64,000 bases of DNA, from positions 88,111 through 152,110 of the forward strand of contig CAZXEC010000001.1 of the NCBI GenBank assembly GCA_964639595.1. The letters run 5' to 3'. Under the pieces are notes generated by a model. It was not told where the DNA came from and ran no database searches. It saw nothing but the letters and a program-made list of their open reading frames with translations. Positions 32,038 through 43,176 of the stretch are shown here, piece by piece. A program made the translations under genes and the position numbers. Source of the DNA: an uncultured Gammaproteobacteria bacterium (lineage in GTDB: Bacteria > Patescibacteriota > Microgenomatia > CAZXEC01). Every line of letters starts with the position of its first letter. The first letter of the stretch is position 1.

Positions 32038-32550
32038 ATGCCACGTTCAGGAAAAATTAATAAAAGAACCATTGCTCAAGATCCCATCTATAATAGCAGG
32101 TTGGTCAGCAGATTAATTAACAAAGTGATGGTCTCTGGCAAAAAAGATTTAGCCAGGAGAATCGTTTATGGAATGGTTGAAATAATCAGATCCAAAACAG
32201 ATCAAGACCCGATTGCGCTTATTGAGAACGCGATTCGCAATGTCTCTCCTCGCATGGAAGTGCGTTCCAGACGGATCGGTGGAGCTTCGTACCAAGTTCC
32301 CACTGAAGTGAGAGGTAATCGTAAAGAAGCCCTGGCCATTAGATGGTTGATTGATGCGGCTCGTGCTCGTCCAGCTAAAGACTATGTCAAAGAAGCCAAG
32401 GATATCAAACAAAAGTTCCCTATTTTTTGCCACAAATTAGCATCAGAAATCATGGATGCTTGGCAAAACCAAGGGGCAGCCATCAAAAAAAGAGACGATG
32501 CTCACAGGATGGCAGAAGCCAACAAAGCTTTTGCCCACTTCAGGTGGTAA
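32038..32550 (+). CDS. rpsG: 30S ribosomal protein S7
   Basis: RRIGGASYQVP, HRMAEANKAFAHFRW; short internal insertion. Confidence 0.99.
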   Translation: MPRSGKINKRTIAQDPIYNSRLVSRLINKVMVSGKKDLARRIVYGMVEIIRSKTDQDPIALIENAIRNVSPRMEVRSRRIGGASYQVPTEVRGNRKEALAIRWLIDAARARPAKDYVKEAKDIKQKFPIFCHKLASEIMDAWQNQGAAIKKRDDAHRMAEANKAFAHFRW

Positions 32551-32553
32551 TTT

Positions 32554-34692
32554 ATGGCCAAAGCAGCTAAAACAGACAGACTTTATCCTCTGAACCGAAT
32601 TCGCAATATTGGCATTATTGCCCATATTGATGCAGGTAAAACTACTACCAGTGAGAGGATACTTTTCTATACAGGCAGGACTTACAAAATTGGTGACATT
32701 GATGAGGGGACCACTGTGACAGACTGGATGGAGCAGGAAAAAGAAAGAGGCATCACCATAGTATCGGCTGCCATTACTACTTTCTGGACTCCCAAAAGCG
32801 GTATTTTTGCCGGTCAAGATACCCGTATTAATGTCATTGATACACCAGGGCATGTTGACTTTACCGCAGAAGTGGAAAGATCCCTGCGTGTTTTAGACGG
32901 AGGGGTAACAGTGCTGGATGCAGAAGAAGGTGTGCAATCACAATCAGAAACGGTTTGGAGACAAGCTGATAAATATAATGTGCCGCGAATTTGTTTTGTT
33001 AACAAGATGGACAAGTTGGGGGCAGATTACTACAAAACTGTAGGAATGATTAGAGACCGACTGGGAGCTCCAGCTGTTTGCTACAATATTCCGATTGGTT
33101 CTGAAAATTCCTTCCGCGGAGTGGTTGATTTGCTGACCCGCCAGGCTCTGATTTGGGAAGGTGATGAAACTGGGGCAAAATTTACCGCAGCCCAAGTGCC
33201 ACCAGACATGGTTGAGGAAGTAGAAAAATATCGCCATGAACTGGTAGAGAAAATTGCCGAATGCGACGATATTCTGCTTGATAAATATTTATCAGGCCAG
33301 GAGCTGGCGACCGATGAGCTGAAGCAGGCCTTAAGGAAAGCGGTTATTGCCTATAAAATAGTGCCTGTTTTGGCAGGGTCTTCTCTCCGCAATAAAGGTG
33401 TCCAGCCATTATTGGATGCAGTGGTAGAATTTTTACCGTCTCCGCTTGACATTCCATCGATTTCAGGCTACAATCCAAAAGCAAGCCAAAAAGATTCAAG
33501 AGAGCCAAAAATCGAGGCTCCATTTTCTGGACTGGCTTTCAAGATTCAAGTTGATCCGCACGTAGGGAAATTAACATACGTGAGGGTTTATTCTGGTACG
33601 TTAAAAGCTGGGTCATACGCATATAACTCAACCAAACAAGAGAAAGAACGTGTAGGCAGACTTCTTCTGATGCATGCCAATGACAGAGAAGAGATAGATG
33701 AAGCCTACGCCGGTGAAATTGTAGCAGTGGTTGGTTTGAAATCAACCGGTACAGGAGATACCCTTTGTGACGAAACACATCCGATCATTCTGGAATCAAT
33801 TACTTTTCCAGAACCAGTTATTGCTTTGGCAATTGAGCCAAAGACCAAAGCCGACCAAGAAAAGATGGGCTATGCCCTATCAAAATTGGCGGATGAAGAT
33901 CCGACTTTCAAAATTAAGTCAGATCCGGAAACAGGACAGACAATTATTGCTGGGATGGGCGAATTACACCTAGAAATCTTAGTTGACCGGATGAAAAGAG
34001 AGTTTAAGGTCGGAGCCAATGTTGGCCGGCCGCAGGTTGCCTATAAAGAAACTGTTAAGAGAGTAGCGGAAGGTGAAGGTAAGTATATTAGGCAATCAGG
34101 TGGACGTGGACAGTATGGTCATTGTTTTTTGAGAATTGAACCCAAAGGTCGTGGTGAAGGATATGAATGGAAATCAGAAATTGTGGGAGGGGCAATTCCG
34201 CGAGAATTTATTCCAGCAATCGAAAAAGGTGTTAAAGAGGCTCTGGATTCAGGAATGCTGGCAGGTTACCCGATGGTAGATATATTTGTGGCAGTATTCG
34301 ATGGGACTTACCATGAGGTAGACTCATCAGAAGCAGCTTTCAAGATTGCCGGCTCAATGGCTTTAAAAGATGCGGTAAAACGAGCTGATCCAATTATTCT
34401 TGAGCCAATCATGAATGTAGAAGTGGTAGTCCCTGACGAATTTATGGGCGATGTAATTGGTGATTTATCTGCCAAAAGAGCTCAAATTTTAGGGACGGAA
34501 AAACGAGGTAATGCCACGGTAATTCGGGCACAGGTGCCACTTTCGGAAATGTTTGGATACTCAACTACTTTGCGTAGTATGACTCAAGGTCGAGGCAACT
34601 TCGTCTTGTTGCCAAGTCATTATGAAGAAGTGCCAAAAAATATTACTGAACAAATTATTGCCAAAGCCAAAGGCGAGGCAGGAAAAAATTGA
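32554..34692 (+). CDS. fusA: Elongation factor G
   Basis: [32 protein letters not shown]. Confidence 0.99.
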   Translation: MAKAAKTDRLYPLNRIRNIGIIAHIDAGKTTTSERILFYTGRTYKIGDIDEGTTVTDWMEQEKERGITIVSAAITTFWTPKSGIFAGQDTRINVIDTPGHVDFTAEVERSLRVLDGGVTVLDAEEGVQSQSETVWRQADKYNVPRICFVNKMDKLGADYYKTVGMIRDRLGAPAVCYNIPIGSENSFRGVVDLLTRQALIWEGDETGAKFTAAQVPPDMVEEVEKYRHELVEKIAECDDILLDKYLSGQELATDELKQALRKAVIAYKIVPVLAGSSLRNKGVQPLLDAVVEFLPSPLDIPSISGYNPKASQKDSREPKIEAPFSGLAFKIQVDPHVGKLTYVRVYSGTLKAGSYAYNSTKQEKERVGRLLLMHANDREEIDEAYAGEIVAVVGLKSTGTGDTLCDETHPIILESITFPEPVIALAIEPKTKADQEKMGYALSKLADEDPTFKIKSDPETGQTIIAGMGELHLEILVDRMKREFKVGANVGRPQVAYKETVKRVAEGEGKYIRQSGGRGQYGHCFLRIEPKGRGEGYEWKSEIVGGAIPREFIPAIEKGVKEALDSGMLAGYPMVDIFVAVFDGTYHEVDSSEAAFKIAGSMALKDAVKRADPIILEPIMNVEVVVPDEFMGDVIGDLSAKRAQILGTEKRGNATVIRAQVPLSEMFGYSTTLRSMTQGRGNFVLLPSHYEEVPKNITEQIIAKAKGEAGKN

Positions 34693-34826
34693 TAGTATTT
34701 TTATTAAGTTTATTTATAAGCAAAATGCTACTTTTAAAGTTGCAGATTGAAGTATTTTGATTACATAATCGTTTAACGAGAGTGACAAACCCGAGTTAAA
34801 TGAGTATATTAATTAAGGAGGAAAAA

Positions 34827-36014
34827 ATGGCTGATTCAACTAAAAAATTTGAACGAACTAAACCACATGTCAATGTGGGGACTATTGGTCATGTCGACCA
34901 TGGTAAGACTACCTTGACTGCGGCTATCACTAATGTTTTATCTAAACAAGGCTTGGCAGAGGCCAAAGCTTTTGATCAAATTGATAATGCCCCTGAAGAA
35001 AAGGCTCGGGGTATTACGATTAATATTGCTCATGTTGAGTATGAAACAAAAAACCGTCACTATGCTCACATTGACGCACCCGGTCATGCTGACTATATCA
35101 AAAACATGATTACCGGAGCTGCCCAGATGGATGGTGCCATCCTGGTAGTATCGGCGCCAGACGGGCCAATGCCGCAAACCAGAGAACATATCTTGCTGGC
35201 GCGCCAAGTGAATGTGCCGGCGGTTGTGGTATTTATGAATAAGGTCGACATGGTTACCGACAAAGAACTACTGGATCTGGTAGAGATGGAAATTCGGGAA
35301 CTGTTGAATAAGTATCAATATCCCGGAGATACCACTCCAATTATCCGAGGTTCAGCTCTTAAAGCTCTGGAAGGAAACCCGGAAGCTGTTAAATCAATTG
35401 AAGATTTGATGGCAGCAGTAGACGAGTTTATTCCTACTCCAGTAAGAGATTTAGATAAACCATTCTTAATGCCGATTGAGGATGTTTTTTCCATCAAAGG
35501 AAGAGGGACTGTTGTAACCGGTCGGGTGGAAAGAGGAGTAGTAAAGGTCAACGAAGAAATAGAGATCGTTGGCATTCGCGATACTCGGAAGACTGTAGTT
35601 ACTGGCGTGGAAATGTTCAGGAAGCAATTGGAACAGGGTCAAGCCGGTGACAACGTCGGTGTCCTCTTAAGAGGAATAGAAAAGGAAGATGTAGAAAGAG
35701 GCCAAGTTTTAGCAAAACCAGCAACTGCTAAGCCTCATTCCGAGTTTGAGGCAGAAGTCTATGTCTTGACTAAAGAGGAAGGTGGCAGACACACCCCATT
35801 TTTCTCAGGGTACAGACCTCAATTTTACATCAGGACTACTGATGTAACCGGGGAAACAACCCTGCCGGCTGGAACAGAAATGGTTATGCCGGGTGACAAC
35901 GTTAAAGTTAGTGTAAAATTAATCACTCCAGTGGCCCTGGAAGAAGGCCTGCGGTTTGCCATCAGAGAAGGCGGTCGCACAGTCGGTGCCGGAGTAATTT
36001 CCAAGGTCAAATAG
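34827..36014 (+). CDS. tuf: Elongation factor Tu
   Basis: [27 protein letters not shown]; SD AAGGAGG. Confidence 0.99.
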   Translation: MADSTKKFERTKPHVNVGTIGHVDHGKTTLTAAITNVLSKQGLAEAKAFDQIDNAPEEKARGITINIAHVEYETKNRHYAHIDAPGHADYIKNMITGAAQMDGAILVVSAPDGPMPQTREHILLARQVNVPAVVVFMNKVDMVTDKELLDLVEMEIRELLNKYQYPGDTTPIIRGSALKALEGNPEAVKSIEDLMAAVDEFIPTPVRDLDKPFLMPIEDVFSIKGRGTVVTGRVERGVVKVNEEIEIVGIRDTRKTVVTGVEMFRKQLEQGQAGDNVGVLLRGIEKEDVERGQVLAKPATAKPHSEFEAEVYVLTKEEGGRHTPFFSGYRPQFYIRTTDVTGETTLPAGTEMVMPGDNVKVSVKLITPVALEEGLRFAIREGGRTVGAGVISKVK

Positions 36015-36030
36015 CATAACAAAGTAAAAT

Positions 36031-36055
36031 AAAACCCCGCTCGAGCGGGGTTTTT
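36031..36055 (+). terminator. Intrinsic terminator after tuf
   Basis: Perfect palindrome AAAACCCCGCTCGAGCGGGGTTTT plus T tract. Confidence 0.85.
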
Positions 36056-36095
36056 AACTAAAAGTCGGTTAACTTGCGCACTTTGAAAGAATACT

Positions 36096-36404
36096 ATGCC
36101 CAGAGGTAGAATTAGAGTACGGTTGAAAGCATACGATCACCGAGTGATCGATCAGTGTTGTGCACAAATTTTAGATACAGCTTTGCGTACCGGAGCCAAA
36201 GTGGTGGGTCCTATCCCTCTACCTACAAGACGAGAGCGTTTTACCGTACTCACCTCGCCTCATACAGATAAGGATGCCAGGGAACATTTTGAAATAAGAA
36301 ATCATAAGAGATTGATTGATATACATGAGCCGACCGATAAAACCATTGACTCTTTGATGCATCTAGAATTGCCTGCGGGTGTAGATATCGAAATTAAAAT
36401 GTGA
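36096..36404 (+). CDS. rpsJ: 30S ribosomal protein S10
   Basis: [28 protein letters not shown]. Confidence 0.99.
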   Translation: MPRGRIRVRLKAYDHRVIDQCCAQILDTALRTGAKVVGPIPLPTRRERFTVLTSPHTDKDAREHFEIRNHKRLIDIHEPTDKTIDSLMHLELPAGVDIEIKM

Positions 36405-36406
36405 AT

Positions 36407-36436
36407 TTGACCTACGACTATAGGGTATGTTAAAAT
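36407..36436 (+). promoter_or_regulatory. Sigma70-type promoter between rpsJ and rplC
   Basis: TTGACC-N18-TAAAAT with extended -10 TG. Confidence 0.6.
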
Positions 36437-36557
36437 AATCTAACAGCTGGCTAAAACATATCTTGCAAAAAAGAGGGGTTGCCTGAAGTCATCTAAGGCT
36501 TCCCTAATTTTTAATGCGTCAGTATTTGGATATTACAAATTAGTCAAAAGAGGTTTA

Positions 36558-37253
36558 ATGATGCCTGTATTACTGGGTAGAAAACAAAATATGACAATGA
36601 GGTTTGATGTAAGCGGAAAACAAATTCCTGCGACTTTAATATCCGCAGGTCCGTGTGTGGTTGTTAGAAAACGGATTCCTGAAAAAGATGGCTATTCTGC
36701 ATATCAAATAGGTTTTGAGAAAAACAGTAAAGCCACCAAACCTCTCCAGAAAAAACTGCAAGATCTCCCTTTTTTGCCCAAGATCATCAGAGAAATAACA
36801 GAAGACCAAGAGTTGGCAATTGGGCAAGAATTAAAGGCTGATATTTTTCAAACTGGTGATTTGGTCAAGGTAACAGGAGTATCAAAGGGACGCGGATTCG
36901 CAGGTGTTATCAAGCGCTATGGTTTTGCCGGCGGACCCAAAACCCATGGTCAATCAGACCGTGAAAGAGCACCTGGCTCCATTGGTTCAACCACGACACC
37001 AGGTAGAGTGTTCAAGGGGAAACGAATGGCTGGCAGAATGGGACAAGACAAAGTGACAATTCGCAACTTGACAGTTGTCGATATTGACCCTGAAAAAAAT
37101 ATTTTGATAGTTTCTGGTTCTGTCCCTGGCGCTAGAGGCGGCTTATTAACTATCAAGAAAATCGGCACAGCTAAAAATTTTCAGCCGCTCATCAAAGAAC
37201 CAATTGAACAATCAAATCAAGTAGAACAAGTTAAAAGTGAAACGCTAGAGTAA
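36558..37253 (+). CDS. rplC: 50S ribosomal protein L3
   Basis: SKGRGFAGVIKR, THGQSDRERAPGSIG. Confidence 0.98.
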   Translation: MMPVLLGRKQNMTMRFDVSGKQIPATLISAGPCVVVRKRIPEKDGYSAYQIGFEKNSKATKPLQKKLQDLPFLPKIIREITEDQELAIGQELKADIFQTGDLVKVTGVSKGRGFAGVIKRYGFAGGPKTHGQSDRERAPGSIGSTTTPGRVFKGKRMAGRMGQDKVTIRNLTVVDIDPEKNILIVSGSVPGARGGLLTIKKIGTAKNFQPLIKEPIEQSNQVEQVKSETLE

Positions 37254-37267
37254 AGGAAGTATTCAAT

Positions 37268-37963
37268 ATGCCAAGAGTAAAAAACGACAAAGTAAAAAAT
37301 GTGCCCAATCATTTATTAATTGATGTGGTTGACATCAATGGTAAAGCCATAGAAAGGTTGGAATTACCATCAGCATTTTTTGGAGCCAGAGTTAATCCCC
37401 AGCTGATGACGCAGGCAGTATACGTATTTTTGCAAAATCAAAGAAGTGGTACTGCTAAAGCAAAAAACCGTGGAGAGGTAAAAGGTACTACCAAGAAACT
37501 ATACCGACAAAAGCACACTGGTCGCGCCAGACATGGTGCCGAAACTGCCCCGATTTTTGTAGGTGGAGGCGTAGCTCATGGGCCTAGGCCGAAAGATTGG
37601 GCTATCTCATTACCTAAAAAAATGAAGCACCAAGCCTTATGTTCTGCTCTTTCTAATAAATACCAAGATCAATCTATCAGAGTAGTGGCTGGTTTAGAAA
37701 CAATTGCACCAAAGACTAAGAATATGGCCAAGATCTTAGACAAAATTAATTTATCAAATTCTCAAGCAGGCAAGTTGTTGTTGGTGCTGCCAGGTAAGAT
37801 TGATAATGTGGAGAAAGCAGCCAGAAACATCCCTTATGTGAATATGGGAAAGACAGCCAATCTTAATACCTATCAGGTGTTGGCTGCCAATACCCTGCTG
37901 TTTACCAGGGATGCAGTCCAAAGTTTGGCAGGCAGAGTTAAAAGTGATTCTCAAGAAGGGTAA
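37268..37963 (+). CDS. rplD: 50S ribosomal protein L4
   Basis: RQKHTGRARHG, GGGVAHGPRP. Confidence 0.98.
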   Translation: MPRVKNDKVKNVPNHLLIDVVDINGKAIERLELPSAFFGARVNPQLMTQAVYVFLQNQRSGTAKAKNRGEVKGTTKKLYRQKHTGRARHGAETAPIFVGGGVAHGPRPKDWAISLPKKMKHQALCSALSNKYQDQSIRVVAGLETIAPKTKNMAKILDKINLSNSQAGKLLLVLPGKIDNVEKAARNIPYVNMGKTANLNTYQVLAANTLLFTRDAVQSLAGRVKSDSQEG

Positions 37964-37968
37964 ATTTT

Positions 37969-38265
37969 ATGGCTTTGTATCAAACGATTAAAAGACCAAT
38001 TATTACCGAAAAATCTATGCAAGACGCAGCTTCGGGTAAGTACACTTTTGAGGTAGACAAGCAGGCAAACAAAAAAGATATAAAAACAGCTATTGCAAAA
38101 CAATTCGGGGTGACACCAATCCGGGTATTTACCAGGTTGGTTAAGGGGAAAACATACAAAAGTGGTAGCCGTAGACAAAAGACTGCCCGAAAAACCCCAT
38201 GGAAAAAAACCATTGTTCAAGTTAAAACGGGTGAAAAAATTGGCCTATTTGAGCTATCAACTTAA
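37969..38265 (+). CDS. rplW: 50S ribosomal protein L23
   Basis: PIITEKS, YTFEVD, WKKTIV; operon position. Confidence 0.96.
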   Translation: MALYQTIKRPIITEKSMQDAASGKYTFEVDKQANKKDIKTAIAKQFGVTPIRVFTRLVKGKTYKSGSRRQKTARKTPWKKTIVQVKTGEKIGLFELST

Positions 38266-38275
38266 GAAGGAAATA

Positions 38276-39097
38276 ATGCCATTAAAGATTATAAATCCAA
38301 CATCATCGGGACGTAGACACTCTGTCAGGTTGACTTTTGGGGAGATCACCAAAAGAAAACCGGAAAAAAGATTAATTAGTATCCTCAATAAAAATGCTGG
38401 TCGGGCAGGCGGCACAGTGTCTGTTAGGCATCAGGGTGGCGGCCATAAACGCTATTTGAGGATGGTTGATTTTAAGAGGAATAAACAAGGGGTAGAGGCA
38501 CAGGTGGCGGCCATAGAATATGATCCTAACAGGACTAGTAATTTGGCCCTTTTACATTATGTAGACGGAGAGAAGCGCTATATTTTGGCAGCTGAAGGTA
38601 TGAAAGTTGGTGACAAAGTTATGTCAGGCCCTGACGCAGAGGTCAAACTTGGGAATGCCCTGCCGCTTGGCAAGATTCCAGTTGGAACTCAAATTCACAA
38701 TATTGAGCTGACACCAGGTAGGGGTGGTCAAATGATCAGATCAGCCGGCTCATATGCGGCTATCATGTCTAAGGAAGGTAAGTTTGCCCAAATTAAATTA
38801 CGTTCCGGAGAAATTAGGTTAGTGCCAGTTAAGGGATATGCCACCATTGGTCAGGTAGGTAATATTGACCATTCATCAGTGAAGTTAGGCAAAGCCGGAG
38901 CTTCTCGTCATCGAGGGATTAGGCCAACTGTCCGAGGCGTAGTAATGTCACCCAGGGATCATCCACACGGTGGTGGAGAGGGACGCTCCGGCATAGGTAT
39001 GCCTTCGCCTAAATCTCCTTGGGGCAAACACACACTCGGTAAAAAGACCAGAAAACCAAAATATTCCGATAAATATATTATCAAGAGAAGGAAGTAA
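38276..39097 (+). CDS. rplB: 50S ribosomal protein L2
   Basis: [17 protein letters not shown]; ATG 38276. Confidence 0.99.
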   Translation: MPLKIINPTSSGRRHSVRLTFGEITKRKPEKRLISILNKNAGRAGGTVSVRHQGGGHKRYLRMVDFKRNKQGVEAQVAAIEYDPNRTSNLALLHYVDGEKRYILAAEGMKVGDKVMSGPDAEVKLGNALPLGKIPVGTQIHNIELTPGRGGQMIRSAGSYAAIMSKEGKFAQIKLRSGEIRLVPVKGYATIGQVGNIDHSSVKLGKAGASRHRGIRPTVRGVVMSPRDHPHGGGEGRSGIGMPSPKSPWGKHTLGKKTRKPKYSDKYIIKRRK

Positions 39098-39103
39098 TTA
39101 CAT

Positions 39104-39388
39104 ATGGCAAGATCAACCAAAAAAGGGCCATGGATAGATCCGAAACTGGCCAAAAAAGTGGCCAGGCAGGAAGCTGTTGACAAGAAAGAAGCTATAAAAA
39201 CTTGGTCAAGAGCCTGCCAAATTCCGCCGGAATTTGTGGGTTTCACATTTCATGTTCACAATGGCAGGACCTTCGTGTCGGTCTTTGTATCAGAAGCAAT
39301 GGTGGGTCATCGTCTCGGGGAGTTTGCCCCGACTCGTACTTTTAGGGGACACGGCAGAATTACGGAGAAATCAACTACTAAAACGTAA
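39104..39388 (+). CDS. rpsS: 30S ribosomal protein S19
   Basis: [20 protein letters not shown]. Confidence 0.99.
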   Translation: MARSTKKGPWIDPKLAKKVARQEAVDKKEAIKTWSRACQIPPEFVGFTFHVHNGRTFVSVFVSEAMVGHRLGEFAPTRTFRGHGRITEKSTTKT

Positions 39389-39401
39389 CGTTAATATCTT
39401 T

Positions 39402-39737
39402 ATGGAAATAACAGCTCAAGCCAAATATGTCAGAACCAGCCCCAGGAAACTAAGGCTGGTCCGTGATGCTATAAAAGGCGTCAGTTCACCTAAACAAGCT
39501 CAAGTCATCCTGAAATTCTTAAACAAAAGAGCAGCTGGTCCTCTGTCGAAGGCACTGGGGTCGGCTGTAGCTAATGCTACTTTTAATGCCAAAAAAGATG
39601 AAGCAAACTTAAAAATTAAAAAAATCGATATTAATGAAGGTCCAACTTTATGGCGTTGGCGGGCAGGTTCCAGGGGGACAGCCAAAACAATTGCCAAAAG
39701 AACCAGTCACATTAAAGTTATTTTGGAGGCAGAATAG
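39402..39737 (+). CDS. rplV: 50S ribosomal protein L22
   Basis: AKYVRTSPRKLRLV, KRTSHIKV; ATG 39402. Confidence 0.98.
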   Translation: MEITAQAKYVRTSPRKLRLVRDAIKGVSSPKQAQVILKFLNKRAAGPLSKALGSAVANATFNAKKDEANLKIKKIDINEGPTLWRWRAGSRGTAKTIAKRTSHIKVILEAE

Positions 39738-39739
39738 AC

Positions 39740-40372
39740 ATGGGTCAAAAAGTTAATCCAATTGGTTTTAGAACTGGAGAATTTTATAACTGGAGTTCTC
39801 GCTGGGTAGCATCTGATAGCCAATATAGGAAGTTCTTGTTGGAAGACTTCAAAATTCGCAAATTGCTGATGGAGAAACTAAGGCCGGCGGGGATTGCCAA
39901 AGTTGAAATTGAGAGGCTGTTAAATAAATTAGTTCTAAGAATTCATGTATCCAGGCCCGGGGTGGTGATTGGCAGGGGTGGGCAGGGGTTAACAGAACTG
40001 AAGAAATTTTTGATAGCTCAACTGGATATTCGCGATGAGGGTAATTTAGAATTGAACGTCGAAGACATCAAAAATCCAGATCTGTCGGCCTACCTGGTTG
40101 CCACTTATGCGGCAGAACAGCTGGGCAAGCGGATGCCATCACGCAGAATAATGAACCAGGCAGTCGACAGGGTCATGAGATCTGGAGCCAAGGGGGTTAG
40201 AATCCTTTTGGCTGGTCGTATTGGTGGGGCAGAGATTGCCAGAAAAGAACAAGCCAAGTCTGGATCCATTCCGCTACATACCTTAAGAGCCAACATTGAT
40301 TTTGCCAAAGTTGATGCTCATACCCAATCAGGGATAATTGGTGTCAAGGTTTGGATTAATAAAGGAGAGTAA
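39740..40372 (+). CDS. rpsC: 30S ribosomal protein S3
   Basis: [27 protein letters not shown]. Confidence 0.99.
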   Translation: MGQKVNPIGFRTGEFYNWSSRWVASDSQYRKFLLEDFKIRKLLMEKLRPAGIAKVEIERLLNKLVLRIHVSRPGVVIGRGGQGLTELKKFLIAQLDIRDEGNLELNVEDIKNPDLSAYLVATYAAEQLGKRMPSRRIMNQAVDRVMRSGAKGVRILLAGRIGGAEIARKEQAKSGSIPLHTLRANIDFAKVDAHTQSGIIGVKVWINKGE

Positions 40373-40377
40373 GTTAT

Positions 40378-40791
40378 ATGTTGCAACCAAAACGGCAGAA
40401 ATATCGCAAACAATTCAGGGGAGTGATGAAGGGCGTAGCTACCAGAGGCAGTACTTTGGTTTTTGGCAACTACGGGCTCAAATCGCAAGAGCTGGCTTGG
40501 ATAACGGCCAGGCAACTGGAGGCTGCTCGTCGGGCCATGACTCATCATACTAAAAGAGGTGGACGGATTTGGATCAGGATTTTCCCCGATAAACCAATCA
40601 CTAAAAAACCGGCAGAAACTAGGATGGGATCTGGTAAAGGTGACATTGCCGAATACGTGGCGGTGGTAAAACCCGGAACAATACTTTTTGAAATGGGAGC
40701 GGTCAGTCTTCAAGTTGCGCAAGAAGCAATGAGACTGGCTGCTCACAAGCTGCCGATTGCTACCAGATTTATCAGTAGGGAGGCTCAGTAA
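40378..40791 (+). CDS. rplP: 50S ribosomal protein L16
   Basis: [22 protein letters not shown]. Confidence 0.99.
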   Translation: MLQPKRQKYRKQFRGVMKGVATRGSTLVFGNYGLKSQELAWITARQLEAARRAMTHHTKRGGRIWIRIFPDKPITKKPAETRMGSGKGDIAEYVAVVKPGTILFEMGAVSLQVAQEAMRLAAHKLPIATRFISREAQ

Positions 40792-40797
40792 AATAAT

Positions 40798-41010
40798 ATG
40801 GCTACAAAAAACAAAACAAACCTAACTGGTGAATCTGTACAACAATTACATGTTCAACTCAACCAGAACAGGATCCAGCTAGCTGCCCTCAAACTGGATT
40901 TGAGCATGCATAAATTAAAGGATGTTAGGCAAGTTAGAAAGATGCGTCGCCAGATAGCCCGTATTTTAACAGTTATTGCTCAAAAAAGGCTGGAGGATCA
41001 ATATGTCTAA
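40798..41010 (+). CDS. rpmC: 50S ribosomal protein L29
   Basis: RRQIARILT; operon position. Confidence 0.93.
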   Translation: MATKNKTNLTGESVQQLHVQLNQNRIQLAALKLDLSMHKLKDVRQVRKMRRQIARILTVIAQKRLEDQYV

Positions 41011-41236
41011 AGTCTTAACAGGCCAGGTAGTTTCTGACAAAATGACCAAAACAGTGGTAGTTAAAGTACAGAGGCTTAAAATGCATCCTTTATACAAAAA
41101 AGCTATCAATTGGTCAAAAAAATTTTTGGCTGATAACCAAATTAGTGCCAAATACGGGGATTGGGTCAAAATTAGCGAAACCAGACCATTATCAAAAAAT
41201 AAAAAGTGGTCAATTTCCGAAATAATTAAAAAATAA
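41003..41236 (+). CDS. rpsQ: 30S ribosomal protein S17
   Basis: GQVVSDKMTKTVVV, ETRPLSK. Confidence 0.98.
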   Translation: MSKVLTGQVVSDKMTKTVVVKVQRLKMHPLYKKAINWSKKFLADNQISAKYGDWVKISETRPLSKNKKWSISEIIKK

Positions 41237-41238
41237 AC

Positions 41239-41331
41239 TACCTCGTAGTAAACTACGAGGTATTCCGCAAGCGGGACGTCAAACGTCCCAGCCACGTTCG
41301 ACTGTGGCGGAAAAGTTTGATTCTCGCTTGC
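41239..41331. repeat. Multi-hairpin intergenic element between rpsQ and rplN
   Basis: 11-bp inverted repeat TACCTCGTAGT-AA-ACTACGAGGTA, plus GGGACG/CGTCCC and GCCAC/GTGGC hairpins. Confidence 0.7.
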
Positions 41332-41351
41332 AGTTCGAAATAAGGAGAGTT

Positions 41352-41720
41352 ATGTTACAACATCGTTCCATTGCCAATGTTGCCGATAACACTAAAGCCA
41401 AAAAGGTCATGGTAATTAACATCCCTGGCAAGTCCAGGATGCGTTTTGCCCATTTGGCGCAGGTGATAACTGGTGTGGTTAAAGAAGCTGACCCTGATGG
41501 GGTTGTCAAAGATGGAGAAATAGTCAAAGCAGTCATAGTCCGGACCAGGAAAGAAAATCGTCGCCGGGATGGTTCGTATATAAGGTTTGATGACAATGCT
41601 GTGGTCATCATTGACAAAGATGGTTCTCCAAAGGGCAGTAGGATTTTAGGCCCGGTAGCCAGGGAAGTGAGAGATGCCGGTTTTGTAAAAATTGCGTCAA
41701 TGGCGGAGGAAGTATGGTAA
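41352..41720 (+). CDS. rplN: 50S ribosomal protein L14
   Basis: VADNTKAK, IRFDDNAVVII; SD TAAGGAG. Confidence 0.99.
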   Translation: MLQHRSIANVADNTKAKKVMVINIPGKSRMRFAHLAQVITGVVKEADPDGVVKDGEIVKAVIVRTRKENRRRDGSYIRFDDNAVVIIDKDGSPKGSRILGPVAREVRDAGFVKIASMAEEVW

Positions 41721-42025
41721 GCGTGAAATTCCATAAGAACGATGAAGTGATAGTGACTGTTGGTCGCCAAAAAGGCAAAAAAGGGAAAATAGATAAAGTT
41801 TTTCCGGATATTGGCAAAGTGCGTATTGTTGGTATCAACACATACAAAAGGCATCCTAAGTCGCATGCCAAGCAGTCAGGAGGAGCCGTAGAAGTAGCCA
41901 AGCCGCTACCTATTGCCAATGTGGCCTTGTTTTGTCCTAAGTGCGGGCAGGCGACTCGGGCAGGATGGAGGTTTGAGAAAGGCAAAAAGTTGCGGGTTTG
42001 TAGAAAATGCCAAGGGAGTTTTTAA
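41714..42025 (+). CDS. rplX: 50S ribosomal protein L24 (start may be GTG 41723)
   Basis: KOW motif, NVALFCPKC..TRAG. Confidence 0.97.
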   Translation: MVSVKFHKNDEVIVTVGRQKGKKGKIDKVFPDIGKVRIVGINTYKRHPKSHAKQSGGAVEVAKPLPIANVALFCPKCGQATRAGWRFEKGKKLRVCRKCQGSF

Positions 42026-42028
42026 TTT

Positions 42029-42580
42029 ATGAATCGTCTAAGGGAAAAATTTAATAAAGACATCAAGGGCGATCTTGCCAAGACCTTGGGGCTTCCTAAT
42101 GTTTTTGCTGTGCCAAAGGTTGTTAAAGTAGTCCTAAATATTGGGGTGGGAGAGGCAACTGTCAAAAAAGAACTAGTTGACCATGCCGCAGAACAATTGA
42201 CTGCTATTACTGGCCAAAAGGCTTCCATCAGACATGCTAAAAAATCTGTTGCCTCTTTTAAATTAAGAGAAGGTCAGCCTATTGGGACGATGGTGACCTT
42301 AAGAGGAGATAGGGCCTATGCTTTTCTAGACAAATTGTTCAATATAGTTCTGCCCAGACTACGGGATTTTAGAGGTTTGGCAATGTCTGGGTTTGATGGC
42401 AGGGGCAACTTTTCCCTAGGTCTAAGGGAGCAGACTGTTTTCCCCGAAATTGAATATGCCAAAATAGACAAAATTAGAGGTTTGGAGATAACTATTGTTA
42501 CAACTGCCTCAAATGATCAACAAGCCAAAGAATTATTGCTAAAATTGGGCATGCCTTTTAAAAAGGATCAAAATGGCTAA
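42029..42580 (+). CDS. rplE: 50S ribosomal protein L5
   Basis: [19 protein letters not shown]. Confidence 0.99.
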   Translation: MNRLREKFNKDIKGDLAKTLGLPNVFAVPKVVKVVLNIGVGEATVKKELVDHAAEQLTAITGQKASIRHAKKSVASFKLREGQPIGTMVTLRGDRAYAFLDKLFNIVLPRLRDFRGLAMSGFDGRGNFSLGLREQTVFPEIEYAKIDKIRGLEITIVTTASNDQQAKELLLKLGMPFKKDQNG

Positions 42581-42758
42581 AGTATCAAAAATTGTTAAAT
42601 CACAACAAGCTCCCAAATTCGGGGTCAGGGCTCGTAATCGTTGTTTGTTATGTGGTAGACCGAGGGGTTTTATACGTAAATTCGGCCTCTGTCGTTTGTG
42701 TTTCAGAGAGCTGGCACACCGCGGAGAATTACCAGGAGTAAAAAAAGCCAGCTGGTAA
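42573..42758 (+). CDS. rpsN: 30S ribosomal protein S14 (Zn-binding type)
   Basis: [27 protein letters not shown]. Confidence 0.98.
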   Translation: MAKVSKIVKSQQAPKFGVRARNRCLLCGRPRGFIRKFGLCRLCFRELAHRGELPGVKKASW

Positions 42759-42770
42759 GAAAGAATATAT

Positions 42771-43166
42771 ATGACAGATCCAATTGCAGATCTATTAACC
42801 AGAATCAGAAATGGATATATGGCCAAAAAAAGCCATATTACAGTTGAGGTTTCAAAACAAAAAGAAAAACTAGTGGAGATATTAAGAGAACAAGGTTATG
42901 TGGGTGAAACCAAGAAAGATGGTCCATTGCTGAAAGTGGCACTGTTGTATCATGTGGATAGTTTCGGCCGTCGACAAGTGCCAGCGCTAATAGGGATTAT
43001 CAAGATATCAAAACCAGGCAGAAAAGTCTATGTTGGTCGTGATCGCTTGCCAAGAGTCTTGGGTGGTTTAGGAGTAAGTATTATTTCTACGCCGCAAGGA
43101 ATGATGACTGACAAAGATGCCAGGAAAAAAGGTTTAGGAGGAGAAGCCATCTGTAAAGTTTGGTAA
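42771..43166 (+). CDS. rpsH: 30S ribosomal protein S8
   Basis: MTDPIADLLTRIRN, SKPGRKVY. Confidence 0.99.
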   Translation: MTDPIADLLTRIRNGYMAKKSHITVEVSKQKEKLVEILREQGYVGETKKDGPLLKVALLYHVDSFGRRQVPALIGIIKISKPGRKVYVGRDRLPRVLGGLGVSIISTPQGMMTDKDARKKGLGGEAICKVW

Positions 43167-43176
43167 AGGATAAATT

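Noticed and set aside
24270-36014. Introns or inteins in rpoB, rpoC, fusA, tuf
   Set aside because: Frames are continuous with normal lengths and no intein splice motifs were seen.
41291-41308. tRNA fragment suggested by the GTTCGA loop
   Set aside because: No acceptor, D or anticodon arms can be built around it.
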